Source: an uncultured Defluviitaleaceae bacterium
GTDB lineage: Bacteria > Bacillota > Clostridia > Lachnospirales > WRAX01
Length of the DNA: 32,647 bases
Assembly (NCBI GenBank): GCA_964449985.1
Contig: CAYVCG010000004.1
Coordinates: forward strand, 8,556-41,202
Direction: 5' to 3'
Numbering within the stretch: position 1 is the first letter of the stretch; each line of letters starts with the position of its first letter. The notes under the pieces are model-generated. The model was not told the DNA's origin, ran no database searches, and saw only the letters and a list, made by a program, of their open reading frames with translations. The translations under genes and the position numbers were made by a program. This document shows, in pieces, positions 1 through 7,935 of this stretch.

Positions 1-1
1 A

Positions 2-130
2 ATACTGTTCGGGTTGTTTGTTATATTGCTTGGGGTTATATCAATAAGCGATATATCTCTGTTGTTCCGTGGACTGCCTATTCGAAAGATGCAGCAAAGT
101 TCAGCTAAGGAGAAAAGCATACTGACGTGA
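2..130 (+). CDS. C-terminal fragment of a membrane protein (5' end outside window)
   Basis: Frame 2 is open from the window edge: ILFGLFVILLGVISISDISLLFRGLPIRKMQQSSAKEKSILT-stop (TGA 128-130). A hydrophobic helix is followed by a basic tail, then a hairpin. Confidence 0.6.
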   Translation: MLFGLFVILLGVISISDISLLFRGLPIRKMQQSSAKEKSILT

Positions 131-139
131 GAATAAACA

Positions 140-309
140 ACCCCGCCCTTAGTGGCGGGGTCAGGCTTTTGATAATTCATTAATGCTGACGCGCAATGCG
201 CGCCCCTACAGAAATTCTGGTTTAACGCCGTTTGTAGGGGTGGTCTTTGGTCGTCCGTCAGAAATTTTAGTATTTGCTGACATTGTTACTCCGCCCTTAG
301 GGGCGGGGT
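140..309. mobile_element. Putative MITE-like element (162-287) carrying a REP doublet, flanked by a duplicated 22-bp hairpin
   Basis: ACCCCGCCCTTAGTGGCGGGGT (140-161) recurs as ACTCCGCCCTTAGGGGCGGGGT (288-309), 20/22 identical. The interior is homologous to 32369-32482. Confidence 0.6.
188..256. repeat. GTAG-family REP doublet (REPIN-like)
   Basis: GACGCGCAATGCGCGCCCCTAC (188-209, GTAG on the minus strand) and GTAGGGGTGGTCTTTGGTCGTCC (234-256). Each is GTAG plus an imperfect GC-rich palindrome. A near-identical copy lies at 32394-32461. Confidence 0.8.
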
Positions 310-316
310 AACTACT

Positions 317-1450
317 CTAATTCCGAATACTCTTTATAAATTCTTTCAAATCCTCAGTCGCGTCTATGAGTGGCTCAATAGAGTTGTTAAAATTAAGACA
401 ATTAATCACATTAGCTAGGTATATAGACAAGTCCACCTCTTTATACCATTCGCACTGCCGGACGTGTTCCGGCGTATACGTTAGGTTTGTTGAATAAACT
501 TTATCAAAATAGCCCTTTTCGTAATAATGATTAAACTTGTCCACCCCTTCGGTAAATAAAGCAAATGTTGTTGCGATAAATATTTTATTTGCATTTCTTT
601 TTTTAAGCTCCATCGTTATATCCAAAGCAGATTCTCCAGAGGCTATCATATCATCTATTATTATAATATTTTTGCCGGAGACATCCCGCCCCATATATTC
701 GTGCTGGACTATGGGGTTTTTTCCGTGGACAACCTTGGAATAATCACGCCTTTTATAAAACAGGCCAACGTCTATATCCATAACGCTTGAATAGTATATC
801 GCACGATCCATCGCGCCGGGGTCTGGGCTTATTATAAGAAGGTTGTTTCTATCTGCCAAAATCTCATTGTGGTCTATCATAAACTCTTTGACGATTTCAT
901 ATGTAGCATATAAATTCTCAAAAGAGCATAGAGGTATTGCGTTTTGGATATTTGGGTCATGAACATCAAAGGTTATTATATCTTTAACGCCAAGCTGTTC
1001 CAACTCCTTTAAAGAAATGGCGCAATCCATAGATTCGCGCCCTTTTCTCCTGTGCTGGCGCGAAGAATACATTAAAGGCATAATTACGGTTGTTCTTTTT
1101 GCCTTGCCGCCTATGGCGGATATAGCCCTTTTTATATCTTGGAAGTGTTCGTCCGGGCCCTTTCGGTTTTTGTATCCATACATGTCATAGGTGCAGCCAT
1201 AGTTGCCGACATCGCATAGCAGATATATGTCCTTTCCTCTGACAGATTCATGAAGCTTGATTTTCCCCTCGCCGTTTGCAAACCTTATTTCTTCAATGGG
1301 AATCAAGAATGAATCAGGAACGATCATATGATTATTGCTTCTTTCAAAGCGCAATCTCTCATCGATCTTTTTGCCCATTTCAGCAAAGCTCTCCAAAGCG
1401 ATTATGCCCAAATGGCCATGGGTATCCGAGTTTGAATTATTAAAAAACAT
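317..1450 (-). CDS. prs: Ribose-phosphate pyrophosphokinase
   Basis: Motifs FANGEGKIKLHESVRGKDIY, YSSRQHRRKGRES, TFDVHDPNIQ, ISPDPGAMDRA and PRPP-binding IIIDDMIASGES. Confidence 0.93.
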   Translation of the reverse strand: MFFNNSNSDTHGHLGIIALESFAEMGKKIDERLRFERSNNHMIVPDSFLIPIEEIRFANGEGKIKLHESVRGKDIYLLCDVGNYGCTYDMYGYKNRKGPDEHFQDIKRAISAIGGKAKRTTVIMPLMYSSRQHRRKGRESMDCAISLKELEQLGVKDIITFDVHDPNIQNAIPLCSFENLYATYEIVKEFMIDHNEILADRNNLLIISPDPGAMDRAIYYSSVMDIDVGLFYKRRDYSKVVHGKNPIVQHEYMGRDVSGKNIIIIDDMIASGESALDITMELKKRNANKIFIATTFALFTEGVDKFNHYYEKGYFDKVYSTNLTYTPEHVRQCEWYKEVDLSIYLANVINCLNFNNSIEPLIDATEDLKEFIKSIRN

Positions 1451-1470
1451 AATAATACCCCTTTGAAAAC

Positions 1471-1983
1471 TTAGTATTTAACAATAGAATGCACATTATA
1501 GTTTTTAAGTACTTCCCGGCCTTTAAGCGCTTCTAACTCCACCAGGAATATAGCCGCTGCAACAATGCCGCCCATATCTTCGATTAATTCGCACAATGCA
1601 CGGCATGTTCCGCCTGTCGCCAAAAGGTCATCAATGATGATAACTCTTTGCCCAGGTTTGATAGCATCGGAATGCATCTCAATGGTCGCTGCGCCGTATT
1701 CAAGCTGGTATGATTTATTAACCGTTTTAAATGGAAGCTTGCCTTCCTTGCGAACGGGAATAAACCCTTTATGCATCTTGTATGCAATAGGCATGGAGAA
1801 AATAAAGCCTCTGGATTCCGGCCCTGCGATTAAATCAAACTCAACGTTTTCGAGCTTTTTTGCCATTAAGTCAATAGACAGAGCCAAAGCGTCTGGGTCG
1901 TGCAGAATAGTTGTTATATCACGAAATAATATGCCCTCATGGGGGAAATCCGATACATCACGGATGATTGTTTTCAAATCCAT
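1471..1983 (-). CDS. apt: Adenine phosphoribosyltransferase
   Basis: Motifs DFPHEGILFRDITT, GPESRGFIF, RKEGKLP, YQLEYG and IIDDLLATGGT. Confidence 0.97.
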   Translation of the reverse strand: MDLKTIIRDVSDFPHEGILFRDITTILHDPDALALSIDLMAKKLENVEFDLIAGPESRGFIFSMPIAYKMHKGFIPVRKEGKLPFKTVNKSYQLEYGAATIEMHSDAIKPGQRVIIIDDLLATGGTCRALCELIEDMGGIVAAAIFLVELEALKGREVLKNYNVHSIVKY

Positions 1984-2015
1984 AAAACCAGCTTCCTTCC
2001 TAAGATATGTAATAG

Positions 2016-3809
2016 TTATGCCTTGTGTAGCCGAAAATCAATAATCTTTACTTCCACATACATGTTTCCGTTATACTCATTTATTCCTATGTTATAAACA
2101 ATATCAAGTTTTATATCCGTTACCCTGCCGTATGCAATAAATTTCTTCGCTTTATTATCACCGTAGCAGTCTTCAAGCATTTGCAAAAATTGGTCAAGCT
2201 TATTAAAGCAAACGGCTTTTATCACACGCCCTGTTTGGGGGATTGTGAAGCTGAAGCGTAAGGTTTTCTTGTCCTTGCCTATCGTTTCGATTATATTTGC
2301 GGTTAGATTTTTTGTTCCGAATACAGGCTCTTTATTGGCTTTGCCAAAGGGTTCCAGCAGGCGCAATTCGTTAGCCAGTTCGTATGTTACGGATGAAAGG
2401 GGTAGTTCTTTATCTATTCTTATTGTCTTTTCAAAATCAAATTCTGTAAGTGTACATGTTTCGTTAAGCCGATAGCGCAGAGTTTCTATATTTTCACTAT
2501 CCAAAGATAACCCAGCAGCCATCTCATGCCCGCCGAACCTCTCAAACAAATCACGGCACTTGTATAGCTCCTCAAAAATATTATATCCCTCTATAGAACG
2601 CGCAGAACCTTTAGCAAGCCCACTTGGGTTATGGGTCAAAACTATCGTTGGGTGATATAACGAATCCTTTATCCTGCCTGCAACTATTCCTGCTATGCTT
2701 TCATGAATAGCTTCGTCATACAAAACGATGACTTTATCCAATTGCTCGTGAGAACGAAGTGATTCGAGAGCGTATTCAACACTTTTTAATGTTTTTGTCT
2801 TTCTGTCTTCATTAAGTTCGCATAACTTTTTCGCTAATTCAGCGGCTTTGGCCGCATCATCGCATGTAAAAAGCTCTGCCGAGATTAGCGCTGTTTCCAG
2901 CCTTCCCGTGGCATTAATGCACGGCCCGAGAACAAAGCCAATTTCAAAGCTTCCTATTGTTTTGTTTTCCAAGCCACGCTCTTTTATTAGCGCTGACAGT
3001 CCTTTGTTTAATAAATACTTTCCGTCATTAATAAGCTTTAAAGCATATTTTACAATAAGCCTGTTTTCATCAATCAAATCTACAATGTCGCAAACCGTGG
3101 CAATACATGCCAATATTAGAAGTTCCTCGTCAATGGTGAATTCCATTTTAACGCAGTCAAAAAAATATTTTGAAAATTTATACGATATTCCTGCCGCGCA
3201 TAGAGATTTAAACGGATAACAGCACGATTTCTGTTTTGGGTCGATAATTGCATCGGCGGTTTCGGGCAAAACGTCTTGTTCCTCTCCGTTTTCGTTTTTA
3301 CAAAAGCCCGGCTCGTGATGGTCTATTATAATAATGTTTATGCCCAAATTTTTTGCATAAGCTATTTCGTCAATGGCGGATATGCCATTATCGCACGTTA
3401 TTATAAGGCTGGTTTGCAACTGATGCAATTTGTCTATAGTTTCGATATTAAGCCCATAACCTTCATGTTCCCTGTGCGGTATATAGAAGGAAACATCTGC
3501 GCCATACGTTTTTAACGCCTTATACAGAATAGAAACGCTCATAACCCCGTCCACGTCGTAATCACCGTATATAACGATTTTTCCACAGGACTGCGCCGTT
3601 TTTACAATTAGCTCCACTGCTTTATCAATATCCTTAAACAAAGACGGGCTGAGAAAATCATCTAAACTGGGGTTAAGAAATTTTATCGCAGAGTTTTTTG
3701 AGTTTATTCCTCTGTTTAATAGTATGGCGGATAAAACAGGGCTTATGCCAAGGGTTTTGGACATAAGCTCGATATTCGCTTCGATTTTTTTCAAAAACCA
3801 TTTTGCCAT
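2016..3809 (-). CDS. recJ: Single-stranded-DNA-specific exonuclease RecJ
   Basis: Motifs YGDYDVDG, EGYGLN, TCDNGI, DHH, INATGRL, GSARS and GGHEMAAG. Start moved to ATG 3809 (MAKWFLKK), which has a GAGG RBS; the ORF-track start overlaps scfB. Confidence 0.96.
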   Translation of the reverse strand: MAKWFLKKIEANIELMSKTLGISPVLSAILLNRGINSKNSAIKFLNPSLDDFLSPSLFKDIDKAVELIVKTAQSCGKIVIYGDYDVDGVMSVSILYKALKTYGADVSFYIPHREHEGYGLNIETIDKLHQLQTSLIITCDNGISAIDEIAYAKNLGINIIIIDHHEPGFCKNENGEEQDVLPETADAIIDPKQKSCCYPFKSLCAAGISYKFSKYFFDCVKMEFTIDEELLILACIATVCDIVDLIDENRLIVKYALKLINDGKYLLNKGLSALIKERGLENKTIGSFEIGFVLGPCINATGRLETALISAELFTCDDAAKAAELAKKLCELNEDRKTKTLKSVEYALESLRSHEQLDKVIVLYDEAIHESIAGIVAGRIKDSLYHPTIVLTHNPSGLAKGSARSIEGYNIFEELYKCRDLFERFGGHEMAAGLSLDSENIETLRYRLNETCTLTEFDFEKTIRIDKELPLSSVTYELANELRLLEPFGKANKEPVFGTKNLTANIIETIGKDKKTLRFSFTIPQTGRVIKAVCFNKLDQFLQMLEDCYGDNKAKKFIAYGRVTDIKLDIVYNIGINEYNGNMYVEVKIIDFRLHKA

Positions 3810-3826
3810 AAGGCATACCTCTGTCC

Positions 3827-5185
3827 TTATTCGTCGCCTAAGCGCGCCGCTTTCATCATAATAGCGCATTCGCAGCGTTTTCGTTGTAATTCGCAGCCAA
3901 GCTCATACGGTTTCAAAATATCGCCGTTGGTCATATAAGCATTTGCGGCGCAGCCGCCGCTGCAATAAAACTTTGCCCAACAGTTTATGCATTCGTCTTT
4001 GGCGTATATGTTGCATTTATCAAAGGTTTTGCGTAGGTCATGGTTAGAGACGCCGTTAAAAACATCACCCATTTTAAATTCTGCTATGCCGGTAAACTGA
4101 TGGCAGGGGTATAAATCCCCTTCGGGAGTAACCGCCAAATATTCACATCCAGCTCCGCATCCAGCAAGCCTTTTGGCAATACATGGGCCTCCTGTCAAAT
4201 CTATCATAAAGTGGAAAAAGTTGAACCATTCCCCTTTTTGTTCCATTTCAAGGATTTTAGTTGCAAGCTGTTCATATTCTTCAAACAATCGTGGCAAATG
4301 CTCCGTGCGTAAGGAATATGTTTCGGCATCATCAGATACAACAGGCTCAACAGAAATCTGTTTAAAGCCTAGCTTGGCAAGATGCAAAACATCATTGCCA
4401 AAATCCAGATTTTCTGCTGTAAACGTTCCTCTTACGTAGTAGTTGTTTTGCTCTCTAGTTTCTGCAAGCTTTTGGAACTTTGGAACAATAACATCGTAAC
4501 TGCCTTGGCCACCGGCACGCTTTCGCATATTATCATTTGTTTCCTTGCGTCCGTCTATGCTTAAAACAACGTTTTGCATGTTGTTATTAATATATTCAAT
4601 CATCTCGTCGTCTAAGAGTAAACCGTTCGTAGTCAAAGTGAAACGGAAGTTTTTGTTGTGCTGTTTTTCCATGCTGCGGCCGTATTCGACTATTTGCTTA
4701 ACAACGTCAAAATTAAGCGTGGGCTCGCCGCCAAAGAAATCTATCTCCAGATTCCTTCTATTGCCGGAATTTGCAATCAAAAAATCTATCGCCTGTTTGC
4801 CAACCTCAAAGGACATAAGTGAACGCTTTCCATGGTATTCGCCTTCCTCTGCAAAGCAGTATTTGCATTTCAAATTGCAGTCATGGGCGATATGAAGGCA
4901 TAATGCCTTAACGACAGGCTTTCTGTTTTCGGCCACATCGGCCATAGCAGCATATTCATCTCGCGAATACATTAGCCCGCTTTCTTCCAACTGCTTTATT
5001 TCATTATATGCATTAATTATTTGCTCTCTTTCGTATTTGTTTGTTAGGGCTTGTATTATCTGATCAAGGTTTTTTTGTTTATAAAAATCCAAAATATCAT
5101 AAACAACCGAGTCTACCACATGAACGGAGCCGCTATGGACATCCAGAACTATATAATAGCCATTCATGTAATATTTATGTATCAT
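3827..5185 (-). CDS. scfB: Thioether cross-link-forming SCIFF peptide maturase (radical SAM/SPASM)
   Basis: CNLKCKYC radical SAM motif, FFGGEP, SPASM cysteines (CGAG...YPCHQF...CINCWAKFYCSGGC) and an N-terminal RRE-like region. It is adjacent to the SCIFF precursor. Confidence 0.95.
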   Translation of the reverse strand: MIHKYYMNGYYIVLDVHSGSVHVVDSVVYDILDFYKQKNLDQIIQALTNKYEREQIINAYNEIKQLEESGLMYSRDEYAAMADVAENRKPVVKALCLHIAHDCNLKCKYCFAEEGEYHGKRSLMSFEVGKQAIDFLIANSGNRRNLEIDFFGGEPTLNFDVVKQIVEYGRSMEKQHNKNFRFTLTTNGLLLDDEMIEYINNNMQNVVLSIDGRKETNDNMRKRAGGQGSYDVIVPKFQKLAETREQNNYYVRGTFTAENLDFGNDVLHLAKLGFKQISVEPVVSDDAETYSLRTEHLPRLFEEYEQLATKILEMEQKGEWFNFFHFMIDLTGGPCIAKRLAGCGAGCEYLAVTPEGDLYPCHQFTGIAEFKMGDVFNGVSNHDLRKTFDKCNIYAKDECINCWAKFYCSGGCAANAYMTNGDILKPYELGCELQRKRCECAIMMKAARLGDE

Positions 5186-5213
5186 CGTGTTCTCTCCTTA
5201 TTCCTTAAAAGCC

Positions 5214-5266
5214 AATAATAAACCATACAATACAAGTCTGTTAAGAATGTATCGTATGGTTTTATT
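5214..5266 (-). terminator. Hairpin between scfA and scfB (attenuator or 3' stabiliser)
   Basis: Minus strand AATAAAACCATACGATACA-13 nt-TGTATTGTATGGTTTATTATT. The internal mismatch is a G-U pair only on the minus strand. Confidence 0.65.
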
Positions 5267-5314
5267 GTCAGGATTGGTTCATTGTCTGCCAAAGAACCTG
5301 TAAATTTAAAAAGC

Positions 5315-5455
5315 TTATTTTCTGCTTTCGCAAGCTTGGTTTGCAACAGTGCAGGACGTTTTGCAAGCAGACTGGCAAGATGTTTGGCATTCTCCGCAGC
5401 CGCCGGAAACGGTATTTTTTAAAACAACTGTGTTAAGCGTCTTTATATGCTTCAA
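5315..5455 (-). CDS. scfA: Six-cysteine ranthipeptide SCIFF precursor, 46 aa (absent from ORF track)
   Basis: TTG start after a GGAGGGAGG RBS. Translation MKHIKTLNTVVLKNTVSGGCGECQTSCQSACKTSCTVANQACESRK contains the canonical GGCGECQTSCQSACKTSC core. Confidence 0.97.
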   Translation of the reverse strand: MKHIKTLNTVVLKNTVSGGCGECQTSCQSACKTSCTVANQACESRK

Positions 5456-5499
5456 GGTAATGCCCTCCCTCCTAAAAAAATCTATTTAAGCCAATAAAA

Positions 5500-5528
5500 A
5501 TTATAACATACGAATGTGGTAAATGCAA
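5500..5528 (-). promoter_or_regulatory. SigA-type promoter for scfA
   Basis: TTGCAT-17 nt-TATAAT with a TG extended -10 on the minus strand. Confidence 0.75.
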
Positions 5529-5556
5529 ACGCAAATTGCTTTACTTTTGGATATAC

Positions 5557-5610
5557 TAAGTTAATACTGATCTAATATTGTTTCGAAAAATTAGATCAGT
5601 GTTTACCTTA
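5557..5610. repeat. Palindrome left of the type I TA module
   Basis: TAAGTTAATACTGATCTAAT (5557-5576) / ATTAGATCAGTGTTTACCTTA (5590-5610). It shares TCAGTGTTTACCT with 5974-5986. Confidence 0.7.
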
Positions 5611-5630
5611 ATATTTTGTCGTGTTATAAT
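5602..5630 (+). promoter_or_regulatory. Promoter of the type I toxin mRNA
   Basis: TTTACC-17 nt-TATAAT with a TGn extended -10. The predicted start near 5637 coincides with the start of the fold-back stem. Confidence 0.7.
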
Positions 5631-5699
5631 ATATTATAGCACATCAAAGCGCATAAGGGCGGTTAGGCTTGACTTCCTGCAAGGGGAGGTGAGGCCAAT

Positions 5700-5777
5700 A
5701 TGGACACATTTCAGGTTTTAACGTTAATGATAGCGTTTGCCGCATTGGTAGTTCATATTATTAACACAAAAAAATAA
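5700..5777 (+). CDS. Putative holin-like type I toxin, 25 aa (absent from ORF track)
   Basis: GGGGAGGTGA RBS, then MDTFQVLTLMIAFAALVVHIINTKK: one hydrophobic helix with a KK tail, the pattern of Firmicute Hol_Tox-like type I toxins. The RBS is sequestered in the hairpin ACTTCCT-GCAAG-GGGAGGT. Confidence 0.85.
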   Translation: MDTFQVLTLMIAFAALVVHIINTKK

Positions 5778-5892
5778 CCGCCCCCAAAATGCCAAGGTCA
5801 GCGGTTATTTCTGTAATTTAATCGCAAGCCTAACCGCCTTTAAAGCGGCTTGTGCTACTGAGGGGATGTTGGCGCATCCTCTCTTTTATTAT
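5768..5892 (-). ncRNA. Cis-antisense antitoxin RNA (about 125 nt)
   Basis: Minus-strand promoter at 5899-5927. Minus-strand terminator AAATAACCGC...GCGGTTATTT (5772-5810) runs into a T tract. The RNA overlaps the 3' UTR of the toxin mRNA. Ends are approximate. Confidence 0.75.
5860..5890 (+). terminator. Intrinsic terminator of the toxin mRNA
   Basis: GAGGGGATG-TTGGCG-CATCCTCTC-TTTTATT. Confidence 0.8.
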
Positions 5893-5898
5893 ATACAT

Positions 5899-5927
5899 AT
5901 TATAACTCAGTTATAAAATTATTTCAA
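5899..5927 (-). promoter_or_regulatory. Antitoxin RNA promoter
   Basis: TTGAAA-17 nt-TATAAT on the minus strand, pointing into the toxin 3' end with no ORF to serve. Confidence 0.75.
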
Positions 5928-5954
5928 CTTTTTTTGCAAATCACTAACAATATT

Positions 5955-5988
5955 TAAGGTAATGTGAATTAATTCAGTGTTTACCTGA
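5955..5988. repeat. Palindrome right of the type I TA module
   Basis: TAAGGTAATGTGAATT / AATTCAGTGTTTACCTGA, a degenerate relative of 5557-5610. Confidence 0.65.
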
Positions 5989-6006
5989 ATCAAACAGGAA
6001 ATTTTA

Positions 6007-6035
6007 TTGACAGAGATATTTAATTAATATATAAT
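6007..6035 (+). promoter_or_regulatory. SigA promoter for argS
   Basis: Perfect TTGACA-17 nt-TATAAT. Confidence 0.85.
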
Positions 6036-6122
6036 CCCCATAAATAGAGACGGACTTTTTAAAGGCTTGGAAACTGGCGATAAAGTTTTCCAAGATCTCA
6101 TATCATATGAAGGTGATTGATT

Positions 6123-7820
6123 ATGGATATTAAAAAAGATATAGCACAGATGATAGGGCAGTGCGTAGATTGTTTGGAAGAAAATGAGCTTTACGAAATG
6201 CTGGAAACTCCGCCCGATTCCAAAATGGGGGATTATGCGTTTCCATGCTTTCGGTTGGCAAAGGCCTTAAAAAAAGCGCCGCCTGCCATATCCGCCGAGC
6301 TTGCAGGCAAGATTGAAAAACCTCATTTTATTGAAGAAATACGCCCAACAGGGCCGTATCTTAATTTTTTTGTTAAGAAGGATTTTTTTGCTTCCAGTGT
6401 TTTGAATGAAGTATATAAACAAGGAGATAAATACGGAACATTAGATATAGGTAAGGGAAGGGCAATAATCATTGATTATTCATCTCCTAATATAGCCAAA
6501 AACTTCCATGTGGGGCATTTGCGTTCGACTGTAATCGGGAATGCTTTGTATAATATTTATAACGCCATCGGATATAAAAGCTTTGGTATAAACCATTTGG
6601 GTGACTGGGGAACGCAGTTCGGCAAGCTTATGGTGGCTTATAACAAATGGTCCTCAAAAGAATTGGTGGATGAAAACGGCATTGATGAACTAAACCGCAT
6701 TTACGTAAAATTCCACAATGAGGCTGACTTGGATCCTTCGCTTAATGACGAAGCTCGCGCTTGGTTTGTTAAGCTGCAAAACAATGATGAAACGGCCATA
6801 GGCCTATGGAAATGGTTTTGCGATCTCAGTTTGGAACAATTTAACAAAATATATGACAGGCTTGGTATTACATTTGATTCCTGGGCAGGAGAGAGCTTTT
6901 ATAACGATAAAATGGATGCTGTTGTTGATGAACTGCGCGAGAAGGATTTGCTTGTGGAAAGTAATGGCGCGATGATTGTTGATTTAGAAGCCTATAAAAT
7001 GCCACCATGTCTTATACTGCGCAGTGACGGCGGAACGCTTTATCCAACACGTGATATCTCTGCTGCTATTTATAGAAAGCAAACCTATGATTTTGAGAAA
7101 TGCCTTTATGTAACAGCGCTTGACCAATGCCTGCATTTTGCGCAATGGTTTAAGGTTATTGGGCTTATGGGTTATGAATGGGAGAAGGATTTGATTCACA
7201 TACCGTTTGGTTTAGTGAGCCTTGAGGAGGGCACGCTTTCCACAAGAAGCGGCAGGGTTGTTCTCATGCAGGATATACTCAACGAATCCGTTAACAGAAT
7301 AAACCAAATCATTGAGCAGAAGAATCCGGAGCTTGAAGATAAAGAACTAATTGCGGAGAAGGTTGGTATAGGAGCCGTTATTTTTAATGATTTGTATAAC
7401 GGAAGGATAAAAGATGTAGTCTTTTCGTGGGAAAGAATGTTAAGCTTTGACGGAGAAACAGGCCCTTATTTACAATACACCCATGCCAGAGCTACCAGTG
7501 TTTTGGAGAAAGCGGGTAATATAGATTTTGATGATGTTGATTTTTCTGTATTAAACGATAAAGCTTCGTTTGGGACGGTAAAGCTAATATCAAAGTTTTC
7601 GGAAAAGATGGTGGAAGCGGCGGATAAAAATGAGCCGTTTATCGTATCACGATACTTGATTGATCTAGCACAATCCTTTAATAAATTTTATCATGACAAT
7701 AAGATATTAAACACAGAAGAAAATGTTCAAAAAGCAAGGCTAATGATTGTATACAGCGTAAAGACAGTGTTAAAATCAGGCCTAGGGCTTTTGGGGATTT
7801 ATGCGCCGGAAAAGATGTAG
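6123..7820 (+). CDS. argS: Arginine--tRNA ligase
   Basis: Motifs IDYSSPNIAKNFHVGHLRSTVIG, NHLGDWGTQFG, SFDGETGPYLQYTHAR and C-terminal LGIYAPEKM. ATG 6123 follows AAGGTGA; TTG 6117 is an alternative start. Confidence 0.97.
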   Translation: MDIKKDIAQMIGQCVDCLEENELYEMLETPPDSKMGDYAFPCFRLAKALKKAPPAISAELAGKIEKPHFIEEIRPTGPYLNFFVKKDFFASSVLNEVYKQGDKYGTLDIGKGRAIIIDYSSPNIAKNFHVGHLRSTVIGNALYNIYNAIGYKSFGINHLGDWGTQFGKLMVAYNKWSSKELVDENGIDELNRIYVKFHNEADLDPSLNDEARAWFVKLQNNDETAIGLWKWFCDLSLEQFNKIYDRLGITFDSWAGESFYNDKMDAVVDELREKDLLVESNGAMIVDLEAYKMPPCLILRSDGGTLYPTRDISAAIYRKQTYDFEKCLYVTALDQCLHFAQWFKVIGLMGYEWEKDLIHIPFGLVSLEEGTLSTRSGRVVLMQDILNESVNRINQIIEQKNPELEDKELIAEKVGIGAVIFNDLYNGRIKDVVFSWERMLSFDGETGPYLQYTHARATSVLEKAGNIDFDDVDFSVLNDKASFGTVKLISKFSEKMVEAADKNEPFIVSRYLIDLAQSFNKFYHDNKILNTEENVQKARLMIVYSVKTVLKSGLGLLGIYAPEKM

Positions 7821-7884
7821 TTATATGGTTAATATTTATTACTAATAATGATTATCTTATTTGGAATCCATAGTATTTTAAATC

Positions 7885-7913
7885 TTGACATAATTTATAT
7901 TTTTACGTATAAT
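7885..7913 (+). promoter_or_regulatory. SigA promoter of the type III TA locus
   Basis: Perfect TTGACA-17 nt-TATAAT, 22 nt upstream of the repeat array. Confidence 0.88.
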
Positions 7914-7935
7914 AATAACAAAGGGTTAAAACCCA

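Noticed and set aside
6036-6122. T-box riboswitch upstream of argS
   Set aside because: The leader is only about 80 nt and lacks the GGTGGNACC T-box motif.
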